A stretch of 64,000 bases of DNA from an uncultured bacterium (GTDB taxonomy: Bacteria; Patescibacteriota; JACMRA01). A program made the translations under genes and the position numbers. This document shows, in pieces, positions 1 through 8,471 of this stretch; the first letter of the stretch is position 1; each line of letters opens with the position of its first letter. The stretch is taken from contig OY969926.1 in NCBI GenBank assembly GCA_963704645.1, forward strand, positions 864,001 to 928,000, written 5' to 3'. The notes under the pieces are model-generated. The model searched no databases, was not told the origin of the DNA, and saw only the letters and a program-made list of their open reading frames with translations.

Positions 1-488
1 TTAGAAACGGTGCCTGGAACTTTTAAAACAATTACCAAAGTGTTTACTATAGCATAAGCTGAAAAAACCAATATTACTGCCACAATTGAATCTCTTAAAT
101 TACCTAAAGCTTTTGTACTTTGGTTGCCATCTAAAGCACCGTAACTGTATTGGATTCCCGAGAATATAACTATGAAACCAAACAAGTAAACTACTAAACC
201 AGATAAAAAGCCATAAGCTCTTACCAAAATATATGGAACAGATTCAAAACTAAGAGGTCTGGCTTTTCCATTTGCATCTGTGGAGCATTCATTCTGTATA
301 ATAGGAACAAATTTGGTTGGAATAAAAATGTCGCCAATTGTAATTTTGCTTTGTGTACAGTTTACACCAGCTGCTTGTGCCATAGCGGTTGTCGTCGGTA
401 ACAATATATTCAGCATCAAAAACAATGCTCCTACAGTTTTCAAAGCCCTAAAAGTTTTGCTAAGCAGTTTTGTTAAATATCTATCCAT
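1..488 (-). CDS. Pilin-like (TrbC/VirB2-type T4SS pilin-like) membrane protein, 3' end runs off the window
   Basis: Not in the ORF track. The minus strand reads MDRYLTKLL...AMAQAAGVNC...YILVRAYGFLSGLVVYLFGFIVIFSGIQYSYGALDGNQSTKALGNLRDSIVAVILVFSAYAIVNTLV..., a signal-like N-terminus plus the two-helix pilin pattern. A near-consensus promoter lies upstream. Confidence 0.7.
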   Translation of the reverse strand, partial: MDRYLTKLLSKTFRALKTVGALFLMLNILLPTTTAMAQAAGVNCTQSKITIGDIFIPTKFVPIIQNECSTDANGKARPLSFESVPYILVRAYGFLSGLVVYLFGFIVIFSGIQYSYGALDGNQSTKALGNLRDSIVAVILVFSAYAIVNTLVIVLKVPGTVS

Positions 489-507
489 ATTTTTGTTTGT
501 CTTTAGC

Positions 508-536
508 ATTATACCTTATAATTTTGGCTTGGTCAA
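508..536 (-). promoter_or_regulatory. Sigma70 promoter of the pilin-like gene (TTGACC-17 bp-TATAAT)
   Basis: Minus strand reads ttgacc aagccaaaattataagg tataat. Confidence 0.75.
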
Positions 537-541
537 AACAT

Positions 542-1680
542 TGTACCCGTTCACTACATATGATACTTAGGATGGTATTGTTGTAGGTATTTCATTGGTG
601 GTATAAATTGTCCAATATCTCTTTTTAAACCCAGATGTGGTCTTTGGTTATTGTAGAAGTCTAGGTACATGATTAATTTTAGATTAAAAGCTTGTATATC
701 ATCTCTTAGTATCCATAGATTATAATTAGCAAACTCTTCTTCCACACTTCTATTGAATCTTTCTATGTAAGCATTCATTTTAGGAGATTTAGGATAGTTC
801 CAGAAATGAGTAATATCTTTAAATTTTAACAGTTCATCAAAGTTCTTATGATTTTCTTGTCCATTGTCTGTCTGAACTCTTTTAATCTGGTAAGGGAATA
901 CATCTTGCATTCTTAAGAAGAAGTCTTTTGTACTATTACTACTTAATGTTTTGTAAGCATATACGAAAGAATATCTACTAACTAGATCTACAGCACAGAT
1001 TAAATATCTTTTTACTCCATTAAGATAAAAGGTTATTGCGTCTAATTGAATTAGATCTCCTGGGCTATTAGGCTGGTATTCTTTTCTTCTGGTTTTAACT
1101 TGCTTCCTAGGTTTTAGTAGTCTTTGTTTAATACTTCCTGTTCTACCGTCTAAATAGACTTGCTTTGAGTATTTGTAGACTGGTATTATTCTTTGATCTT
1201 TAAAAGTAGATATTATTCTGCCGATAGTTGAAATTGAAATAGTTTTTAGTGTTTTACTTGTTTCTTTTAGATTTTGTTCTGCACAGTAATCATCTAACAA
1301 TACTTTAAGTTTGTCTTTACCTAGATTAGGATATTGCAATCTAGTTTGTTGAATAAACTCAAGTATTCTCCCTTGTACATTTGACTGTCTAAATTTATTA
1401 GGTCTTTTGCTTTTATCCTTTAAATCGTATTTGTTACCAGCTCCATAATTAAGTTCACAACTTTTTCTCCATTTCTTCCTCCACCTAATTAAAGTTATTC
1501 TGGAAAGTTTACGATTTGAATCTAGAGATAATGCTTCTAATGTAGAATTAATACCATGCTTAAATGAGTATTCAATTATTTTAAATTTATCTTCCAAAGT
1601 GTAAGACATGATCATATGATAGTAGATTTAGGATTATTAATCTACCACCCTTTGGTATCATATGTGTTTGGACTTGTTCA
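542..1680 (-). mobile_element. Insertion sequence, IS481/IS3-like (rve integrase core), ~1.14 kb
   Basis: Imperfect ~25-bp terminal inverted repeats (TGTACCCGTTCACTACATATGATAC vs reverse-complemented right end TGAACAAGTCCAAACACATATGATAC). 5-bp direct repeat AACAT at 537-541 and 1681-1685. Single transposase ORF inside. Confidence 0.85.
554..1615 (-). CDS. DDE transposase, integrase core domain (IS481-like)
   Basis: N-terminal HTH region; DDE motifs PGDLIQLD, VQTDNGQE, NAYIERFNRSVEEEF, FYNNQRPHLGL. Confidence 0.92.
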   Translation of the reverse strand: MIMSYTLEDKFKIIEYSFKHGINSTLEALSLDSNRKLSRITLIRWRKKWRKSCELNYGAGNKYDLKDKSKRPNKFRQSNVQGRILEFIQQTRLQYPNLGKDKLKVLLDDYCAEQNLKETSKTLKTISISTIGRIISTFKDQRIIPVYKYSKQVYLDGRTGSIKQRLLKPRKQVKTRRKEYQPNSPGDLIQLDAITFYLNGVKRYLICAVDLVSRYSFVYAYKTLSSNSTKDFFLRMQDVFPYQIKRVQTDNGQENHKNFDELLKFKDITHFWNYPKSPKMNAYIERFNRSVEEEFANYNLWILRDDIQAFNLKLIMYLDFYNNQRPHLGLKRDIGQFIPPMKYLQQYHPKYHM

Positions 1681-1728
1681 AACATTGACAAATCTGGCAG
1701 GCTATTCCATTTTCAAAAAACCTTAAGC

Positions 1729-2814
1729 ATAAAATTTATACCTATTTCAATTATTTTTCTTGCCATTTTATTTTCCTTAGCATCTTTTGTTCTAAGTCTG
1801 GCTTTTCTTCCGTTAGTTTATAAATTATCTGTTAAATTTGGCTTTCAAGACGACCCTAATTCTGCTCCAAACCGTAAATTGCAGAACAGGCCAATTCCTT
1901 TAATGGGAGCTACCAGCTTTGTTTTAACCTCTGTTTTTTTAATGGGTTGTTTGTGGCTAATAAATAAATATGATTGGTTCAGTTTACGTATTTATTTACA
2001 GAATAACTTGGAATCTTTTCTTTTAGTTTGGGTATTTGTATCCATTATTTTATTGGGAATAGCTGGCGCTTTGGATGATTTAAATAAAATTTCTACAAAG
2101 TTTAGGTTTTTAATAGTTGGTTTGGCAATTCTGGTTGCAATTTTTTTAGGGGGCTTGAAAATTGATGCTTTGTCTTTCCCTTTTAATTATTTGCCCTTAA
2201 ATTTCTTCCTACTTCCTCAAGCCTTAGCGTTCTTGTGGTTAGGGTTTTGCTTGTTCGCAACTAAATTACTAGATGGTTTAGATGGTTTAGTTAGCAGTGT
2301 AGGTTTGGTGGCTTTTTTAACAATTGCTTCTATTTCAGCTTCGACTAGTGTGTATCAGCCATTAATTTTTATTTTCGCTTTAATTTGGGCAGCTGGAAGT
2401 GCTGGTTTTCTATCGTATAATTTTCCTAACGCTAAAATGTACCTAGGTGATGGTGGTTCAATGATTATAGGGTTTATGGTTGGTGTGCTTTCAATATTAT
2501 CTGGGGCGAAAATTGCTACAGCGGTAACAGTTTTGGGCTGGTTTATTTTAGATATTTTTGTGGTTTGGACAATACGTTTGTTACAAAAAACTAACCCGCT
2601 TACTACGGGGGATAGGAACCATTGGCATCACCGTTTACTTTCTTTGGGGATGAACAAAAGGCAAGTTTTGGTTCTTACTGTAATTTTATTAATTATTACT
2701 TCCCAACTAGGTATTTTGCTAAGCACAAAAGAAAAAGTACTAATTCCAATTTTCCAACTTATTTTTATATTGGCTACGCTTTATTTGGCCTATAAAAGAA
2801 AGGGTAGGAGTTAA
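1729..2814 (+). CDS. MraY/WecA-family undecaprenyl-phosphate sugar-1-phosphate transferase
   Basis: Polytopic membrane protein with GALDD, LDGLDGL, YNFPNAKMYLGDGGS and DRNHWHH motifs. The frame is open upstream of the track start (1879) and encodes TM1 plus DDP..RK. The start is probably ATA at 1729 (uncertain). Confidence 0.88.
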   Translation: MKFIPISIIFLAILFSLASFVLSLAFLPLVYKLSVKFGFQDDPNSAPNRKLQNRPIPLMGATSFVLTSVFLMGCLWLINKYDWFSLRIYLQNNLESFLLVWVFVSIILLGIAGALDDLNKISTKFRFLIVGLAILVAIFLGGLKIDALSFPFNYLPLNFFLLPQALAFLWLGFCLFATKLLDGLDGLVSSVGLVAFLTIASISASTSVYQPLIFIFALIWAAGSAGFLSYNFPNAKMYLGDGGSMIIGFMVGVLSILSGAKIATAVTVLGWFILDIFVVWTIRLLQKTNPLTTGDRNHWHHRLLSLGMNKRQVLVLTVILLIITSQLGILLSTKEKVLIPIFQLIFILATLYLAYKRKGRS

Positions 2815-3648
2815 TTATTTAGTCAATAAACCTGCTAGCTGACCTTGAATTTTTTGCACTCCTATAACCGCACCAGTATTAGTAGTTATCAATTGTTTTC
2901 TGTGAGGGAGTATATCAATATCAGGAGTTGTAATTGTGGGTTGCGGTACAGCTGAGATGATAGGCGTTGTTGTTTGAGGCTGTATATTTGTAGATTCGGG
3001 CCCTCCTCCTGGTGTTGCAGGTCTACTATCTCTCGTATGAGGCTGCGGTTGATTTTCTCCTACAAAATTTTCTGGTTTAGGAGGTTGATCGATTGCTGCT
3101 GGCAGGGAATAGGAATTAATATTGTCTTGAGGCTTACTACTCGCTTGAATCTCAGGATTTATATTACCTAGACCTACGCTTGGCATGAAGTCTAGGTTAT
3201 TATTCAAAATTGACTCTGAAATAGATTGCTCTTCTTGCGGCGGTGCAGTAATGCTAAGTGGCTTAGAGAAATCGATACTAAAATCAGTCTCTTTGGCGTC
3301 ACTCAAAAGTGGTGGAGTAGTTTGGCTGGCTGGTTCGACGCTTTTTGGAGTTTGAAAAGAAATTGGCTCTGCAGGGAAAAGTGGAGTTGTAGGAAGAGCG
3401 CCAATTGGTTTAGGGGCAATGCTACCTTCAGATGATGGCGGTACCTGTGGAATAGTACGAGCCTCTCTTAATTTTTTCAGTTTTTCAGCTAATGAAGTTG
3501 AGTATGTTGATTGCTCAGGCAGGAAAGTTTTAGGAAGGGGAGATACTGGAGCCTCATTAATTTTAACTGGTGCAATAGAGCCAGAACCAGGTGTAGATGG
3601 AAGTGTAATTGGCAATGTAAATAATGGGGCTTGTTCTTGAGGTTGCAT
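2815..3648 (-). CDS. Pro/Ser/Thr-rich low-complexity hypothetical protein
   Basis: 277-aa ORF with ATG start and disordered composition, converging on the mraY-like gene. Confidence 0.65.
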   Translation of the reverse strand: MQPQEQAPLFTLPITLPSTPGSGSIAPVKINEAPVSPLPKTFLPEQSTYSTSLAEKLKKLREARTIPQVPPSSEGSIAPKPIGALPTTPLFPAEPISFQTPKSVEPASQTTPPLLSDAKETDFSIDFSKPLSITAPPQEEQSISESILNNNLDFMPSVGLGNINPEIQASSKPQDNINSYSLPAAIDQPPKPENFVGENQPQPHTRDSRPATPGGGPESTNIQPQTTTPIISAVPQPTITTPDIDILPHRKQLITTNTGAVIGVQKIQGQLAGLLTK

Positions 3649-3735
3649 AAGTAGGTTTCTAACAAAGCAATTTGTTGAATTTTTATTTATTATACCTTTA
3701 ATATCACAAATTTACAAGCTTTGCAAGTGCTGCAA

Positions 3736-4734
3736 TTAATCTACCACAGATTGTAGGCCTTCCAAAATTTCTTTTTCGTTTAAGCCTTTCCCAATTAAAA
3801 CAAGTCTTGTTGTTGTCATATCTATATTTTTCTTAGGCTCAAACACATCTAAAGTTCTTTTGGCTCCAACCATTTGGAACAGAAACATTTCGTTTTTATT
3901 ATTTGAAACTTTAATGTTAATTAAGCCTTTAGCTCTTATAGCATTTTTGGGCATAGAGTTCATTAACCAACTATCTAATTTGTGCGGATTTAATGGTTTG
4001 CTGCTGGTAAAAACAACTTCATCTACATCGTGATGGTCGTGATGGTCGTGATGGTCGTGATGGTCGTGATGGTCGTGATGGTCGTGATGGTCGTGATGGT
4101 CGTTGGAACTTTCCACTGTTTCTAATTTTAAATTAGTCAACCTATCCAAACTCCATTTATTAGCATCAATTAATATAGAAGAATCCAAACCTCCTTCCTT
4201 GTTTTCAATAACAGTTGCTTCTGGGTTAATTTGGCTAATTAACTTGTAGAAGTTGGCAATTGTCTCAGCATCTAAATTATCTATTTTGTTCAAAACAATA
4301 ATATCGGCGAACTCAATTTGTTCAACAGCAACTTGGTAAGTTTCTTTGGTTAGTGCATAGTTTTGGCAATCTAATATTGCAACTACGCTGTCTAAACTAA
4401 CTTTGCCGTTCAAGTTTTCCATAGCAAAAGTTTCAGCAATTGGTTTTGGTTCAGCCAGACCAGATGCTTCAATAATTATATAATCAATTTTCTGTTCAGC
4501 TAGTTTAAGCACAGCATCTTGTAAGTCTTTTCTTACAATGCAGCATAAACATCCGTTAGACATTTCGACAAGCTCTTCTCCACTGGTTTCCACTAATTGT
4601 CCGTCTATGCCTTCACTTCCAAATTCATTAATAATTAGGCCAAATTTAAGTTGAGGATTTTTTTGAATTATTTGATTGACTAATGTGGTTTTTCCACTTC
4701 CAAGAAAGCCAGTTAGAATTGTGATTGGAATCAT
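3736..4734 (-). CDS. CobW/COG0523 family metallochaperone GTPase with His-rich linker
   Basis: ITILTGFLGSGKTT, NEFG, SNGCLCC, IEASG, NKID and (DHH)8 motifs. Likely start is ATG 4734. Confidence 0.93.
   Translation of the reverse strand: MIPITILTGFLGSGKTTLVNQIIQKNPQLKFGLIINEFGSEGIDGQLVETSGEELVEMSNGCLCCIVRKDLQDAVLKLAEQKIDYIIIEASGLAEPKPIAETFAMENLNGKVSLDSVVAILDCQNYALTKETYQVAVEQIEFADIIVLNKIDNLDAETIANFYKLISQINPEATVIENKEGGLDSSILIDANKWSLDRLTNLKLETVESSNDHHDHHDHHDHHDHHDHHDHHDHHDVDEVVFTSSKPLNPHKLDSWLMNSMPKNAIRAKGLINIKVSNNKNEMFLFQMVGAKRTLDVFEPKKNIDMTTTRLVLIGKGLNEKEILEGLQSVVD
4028..4103. repeat. Perfect 9-bp tandem repeat (TCGTGATGG) x8 encoding DHH repeats
   Basis: Read directly: 8 identical units plus a partial unit. 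Confidence 0.97.
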
Positions 4735-4877
4735 ATATTTAAAGTTTATATAAAAGGATTTTTTTAGCAAGGTAGAGTGGAGTGGGCAGATATTAAATAC
4801 GGGGCATCCAGCTCTCGTTCTTTAGTATGTGTTTTAATTTTGTTCAAAGATAAAGAACATCTTTTTTTAAAATTCCC

Positions 4878-4903
4878 AAGGCGGTGGTAAACATCGCTCC
4901 TTC
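4878..4903 (-). repeat. Degenerate GTAG-type REP-like palindrome
   Basis: Reverse complement GAAGGAGCGATGTTTACCACCGCCTT resembles the copy at 22097 (GTAGGGGCGATGTTTAGCATCGCCTT). Confidence 0.55.
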
Positions 4904-4940
4904 AATTATTTATAAAAAATAATAAATTTATTCTCCAACT

Positions 4941-4966
4941 TAGACCCTGAAACAAGTTCAGGGTGA
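4941..4966. repeat. REP-like palindrome family A, TAGACCCTGAAACAAGTTCAGGGTGA (copy 1)
   Basis: Identical 26-mer at 4941, 11076, 16685 and 55732; stem ACCCTGAA/TTCAGGGT. Confidence 0.95.
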
Positions 4967-5067
4967 TATGCTCGACACTCAATGTTAATGTATGAAAAGG
5001 CTAAAAACTTTAGACTCAATACTCAGATCAATATAATTTCTCTAGTGACATGCTGACGCTGGCAATG

Positions 5068-6189
5068 TTATATCATTTTCCTAAGTACAATCTCAGCTTT
5101 TTTTATTGCAGATTGCATGTTTACAAAGGCTTCGTATGGGGAAACGAAGTTTTTAATTTCAGAATTGTAGTTTTCTGGTCTTAGATGTAATAAAAAATCT
5201 GCATTTTGTAGAGCTGCGAAGTTATAGAACAGTTCTTGACTTGAGGGTGTTGGTTTTAAAGCATGCTCTGTTAATATAACATTGGATCCATATCCCCAAA
5301 GACGAATAATTGCTCTTTCCATTGGTTTAAACAAAGCTAAAGAATAGTTATCGTTAATTCTAGGCTCCTTGTTTCCATCGAGCTTAATAATTTTTGGTTT
5401 AAGAATAGCGTTTGTGCTGGCAAGTCCAACTTTCATATTTAAACTTTTTATTATAAGCGGAATTGCTTTTTTACCTAAACTAAGTTGATTTATATCAAAA
5501 AACTGATTGTTTGGTTCAAAATAAAAATTACAGGCAGTATCGTTATCGATGTTTATCCAACTGGCTTTTTTCCCCTCAAAGCGTCTAAGTTCAGACAATT
5601 GCAAATTAAATTCTAGCTGTTTATCACTTTTGTGCCTGCATAAAAACGTTGTAATATTAGTTTTATGAATAATTCTTTCTAATTCTAAATTACGGTAAAG
5701 TTGAGGAATGTAAACAACTTTAGGGGTAGTTTTTAAATGGTAATTTATTGTTTTGATAGAATTAGCAACGGTTGTAGCCCACCAATCTATGTTGTATAAG
5801 CTTGTTAGAGAGTTTCCGTAAAAAGCATTGGCTACTAAAGTGATTTGGTTGGTATCAACTAGCTTCTTTATTTTCTTCAAAAGGCTTGGCATAATTTCAG
5901 CGGCAGATTGAACAAAATTACCCGTAATAATTAAATTAGCCTCAACTTCTTGCTGTATTAGAAAATCAATAATTGGTTCAAATTTTTCTTCAAGATCTTT
6001 TTTAAACAGTTTTTTACTGGCTTCAACATCAATGAACTGGCTATCAGGGTGACTTAGAATATCAATTAATGGCTCAATTTTGTAATAATCTAATTTGGAA
6101 AAATATAAGCTAATACTTTTAATATTAAAATTTTCCGGTTTGTTGCTTGTACTTAGCAACTCGGCTTGAAATGTATTTGAGCTGTTCAT
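5068..6189 (-). CDS. GH57 alpha-amylase-like protein, degenerate
   Basis: C-terminal SPYEAFVN motif and GH57-like layout; coupled to a GT4 gene; catalytic motifs not recognisable. Confidence 0.6.
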   Translation of the reverse strand: MNSSNTFQAELLSTSNKPENFNIKSISLYFSKLDYYKIEPLIDILSHPDSQFIDVEASKKLFKKDLEEKFEPIIDFLIQQEVEANLIITGNFVQSAAEIMPSLLKKIKKLVDTNQITLVANAFYGNSLTSLYNIDWWATTVANSIKTINYHLKTTPKVVYIPQLYRNLELERIIHKTNITTFLCRHKSDKQLEFNLQLSELRRFEGKKASWINIDNDTACNFYFEPNNQFFDINQLSLGKKAIPLIIKSLNMKVGLASTNAILKPKIIKLDGNKEPRINDNYSLALFKPMERAIIRLWGYGSNVILTEHALKPTPSSQELFYNFAALQNADFLLHLRPENYNSEIKNFVSPYEAFVNMQSAIKKAEIVLRKMI

Positions 6190-6191
6190 AT

Positions 6192-7454
6192 TTATTTTGA
6201 ATCAATGGTTTTTTGAATAAAATCTACTAATTTTTCAACCTGCGCCTTCCAAGAATGAAGTTTAAGTTCTTTAGTTTGCTTTTCAAGTAATTCTAAGGCT
6301 GCATTTTTATTGTTTAAATAGAATAAAATATGTTGGGCAAAAGCTTGAGTATCGTGATAATTGAAGGTTGGTGTGGAAGGAATAACTCCAATAAAACCTG
6401 AAGTATTGCTTGCTATTACAGGAACTTTAGATCTGATTGCTTCTAATGCTGTTAAACCAAAAGGTTCACTTGGACTTGGCATTACAAATAAATCACAACT
6501 GGAATAAAGTCTTTTCTTTTCCTCGGAATTTAGCCAGCCAGTAAATAAAATATTTTTTTCTAACTCTTTTTCTGCAACAGCCTCTATTGTACTAGCCATT
6601 TTTCCACCATCACCAGCTATAATAAATTTAATTTGTGGATCAATTTTAATTGCTTTTACTGCTGTTTCTAACAAAAAAGAAATTCCTTTTTGGGTTTCTA
6701 ATCTTCCTATAAATAAAACATTTTTGCCCTTTTGCAAGTCTGGAATATCTAGTTCAATTGGTGTGAAATCTACATCGTCGTATACAACTTCAATTTTTTC
6801 ATTGGGAATATTACAAAAGTTATGTAACATTTGTTTGGATATTTCAGAAATAGCCACTATTCCATCTGCTTTTAAATAATAATCACGCTCCATGTTGGCA
6901 ATTATTCTGGCTGCTCCGCCAAATTTTCCGGTATTTCTATCAAATTCAGTGGCGTTGATGTAAAAAATGAATGGAATGTTAGACTTGCTTTTTAAATGCA
7001 TGAAGGTTGGAATAGATTCCCAATCTACACCTAAAATTACATCGAAACTTTGCTCATGGGTTAGTTCTTCAACGGCCATAGCAAAAGCTTTAGTAATCAT
7101 TGGTGTATTGTTTGGGTACAAATTAGTTTTTTTCTCTTGAGCGTGATAAATTGAATATAATTCGGGCCAAGTTTTTTTAGATTTCTTAACAGAGGGGTCT
7201 CTAAAATAGTCTAATTTAAAATCTAGCCCTTCAATTTGAATATCTGGTCTTAAATACTTCTTTAGTTGTTTGCTTAAGTCTATAGTGTTGGTAGGCTCAA
7301 ACGGTTTGGGAACATTAGGGCAAGCTACTGTAACGGTATGGCCTTGGTTGGTTAGCTCTGTAACAACATGCTTTATTAAAAATCCTAAACCTCCTGCAAT
7401 CATAGGGTACATTTCCCAACTTAAAATAAGAATGTTAAGTGTTTTTTGCTTCAT
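6192..7454 (-). CDS. GT4 glycosyltransferase (glycogen synthase-like)
   Basis: ILSWEMYPMIAGGLG, FIGRLETQKG and MPSPSEPFGLTALEA motifs. Confidence 0.9.
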   Translation of the reverse strand: MKQKTLNILILSWEMYPMIAGGLGFLIKHVVTELTNQGHTVTVACPNVPKPFEPTNTIDLSKQLKKYLRPDIQIEGLDFKLDYFRDPSVKKSKKTWPELYSIYHAQEKKTNLYPNNTPMITKAFAMAVEELTHEQSFDVILGVDWESIPTFMHLKSKSNIPFIFYINATEFDRNTGKFGGAARIIANMERDYYLKADGIVAISEISKQMLHNFCNIPNEKIEVVYDDVDFTPIELDIPDLQKGKNVLFIGRLETQKGISFLLETAVKAIKIDPQIKFIIAGDGGKMASTIEAVAEKELEKNILFTGWLNSEEKKRLYSSCDLFVMPSPSEPFGLTALEAIRSKVPVIASNTSGFIGVIPSTPTFNYHDTQAFAQHILFYLNNKNAALELLEKQTKELKLHSWKAQVEKLVDFIQKTIDSK

Positions 7455-7656
7455 GGTGAGCAAATTATAACTTGCTGTTTAGCTTATAGTCAAGGGGTTT
7501 TTAGGTTCAAATTCCAGTCAGTGTTTGATTTACTTAAAATATCCAATTTTATCTAAATAATAAATTATAAACACCATATAGCAATATCAAATTGCCTCAT
7601 CAAATGGTTACAGCTTACTATGGCACAAAGGTATAATTACCCAAAACTCAATAATT

Positions 7657-8235
7657 CTAATTTACTTTTGTAATTTTGGTACTTCTAAAAAATAACCACA
7701 ATTCTGCTGCAAATACTGTAATTGCTGTAAAATGTATGAATAAAAAGTAAGTTTGCTGGTTGTAGTTTATCCATTCTGTTTGATATAACAAAGCCGTAGT
7801 AACCCAATAAAAAATTGTTGCGTACAACGCAGATTTACCTAATTGTCTTGTAGGAAGTGCAAAACTTTGAATGTAAAAAGTTGTACTAGCTATGGCCAAA
7901 CAAAATAAAGCTGTAAAAGGGTAGGCTAGTTGGGTTAAAGATTGAATGGCTATAAAAATTAGCCAAATTTGGCTGGCAAAAAAAATAATATCTAGAAAGA
8001 CTAGAAAGCTTTTTTTCAAGTTTATTACTTCTTGTAAGCTTCTAAAAGAATAAATATAGCTTTTAAAGAGAAATAAAAGGCTTGCTGCAGCCAAAATTAT
8101 TGAGTACTTATCGTAATTATTTTTAAATGACTGCGCTAGCCAACCAATTTGAAAAACTGTGAAAGTAACAAAAAGCAACAAGCTAGATGTAAAGGCTTCT
8201 GGGTTTTTTAAAAACTGGTTTATTTTGGAAAACAT
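7657..8235 (-). CDS. Hypothetical polytopic membrane protein
   Basis: 192 aa with about six hydrophobic segments. Confidence 0.7.
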   Translation of the reverse strand: MFSKINQFLKNPEAFTSSLLLFVTFTVFQIGWLAQSFKNNYDKYSIILAAASLLFLFKSYIYSFRSLQEVINLKKSFLVFLDIIFFASQIWLIFIAIQSLTQLAYPFTALFCLAIASTTFYIQSFALPTRQLGKSALYATIFYWVTTALLYQTEWINYNQQTYFLFIHFTAITVFAAELWLFFRSTKITKVN

Positions 8236-8293
8236 ATTTACTTGACTAAATTACGGTTGTTTACGATTTTTGAATTGTCAATTTATTGATTTT

Positions 8294-8368
8294 GGCGACG
8301 TGGCCGAATGGTTTAGGCAGAGGTCTGCAAAACCTTGCACGCCGGTTCGATTCCGGCCGTTGCCTCCA
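8294..8368 (+). tRNA. tRNA-Cys (GCA) with encoded CCA
   Basis: Acceptor stem GGCGACG/CGTTGCC, D arm TGGCCGAATGGTTTAGGC, anticodon arm GAGGT-CTGCAAA-ACCTT, T loop GGTTCGATTCC, 3' TCCA. Confidence 0.97.
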
Positions 8369-8471
8369 AATAAATTTTTTAGCTCCTAACCAGGAGTTTA
8401 GTTTTTAGCTAAATCCTTTTAGACATAAAAAAAACGAGGAGTTTCCTCCACGTATAACCTGTTTTTTTATT

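Noticed and set aside
280-570. 96-aa + strand ORF from the track
   Set aside because: Antisense shadow of the minus-strand pilin-like gene, which has a consensus promoter.
4028-4103. Possible CRISPR-like repeat array
   Set aside because: Contiguous 9-bp units without spacers inside a CDS. No repeat-spacer array was seen anywhere, including near the Cas2-like gene.
8294-8368. tRNA-Cys as an integration (att) site
   Set aside because: No duplicate of its 3' end was noticed in the window, and no adjacent integrase.
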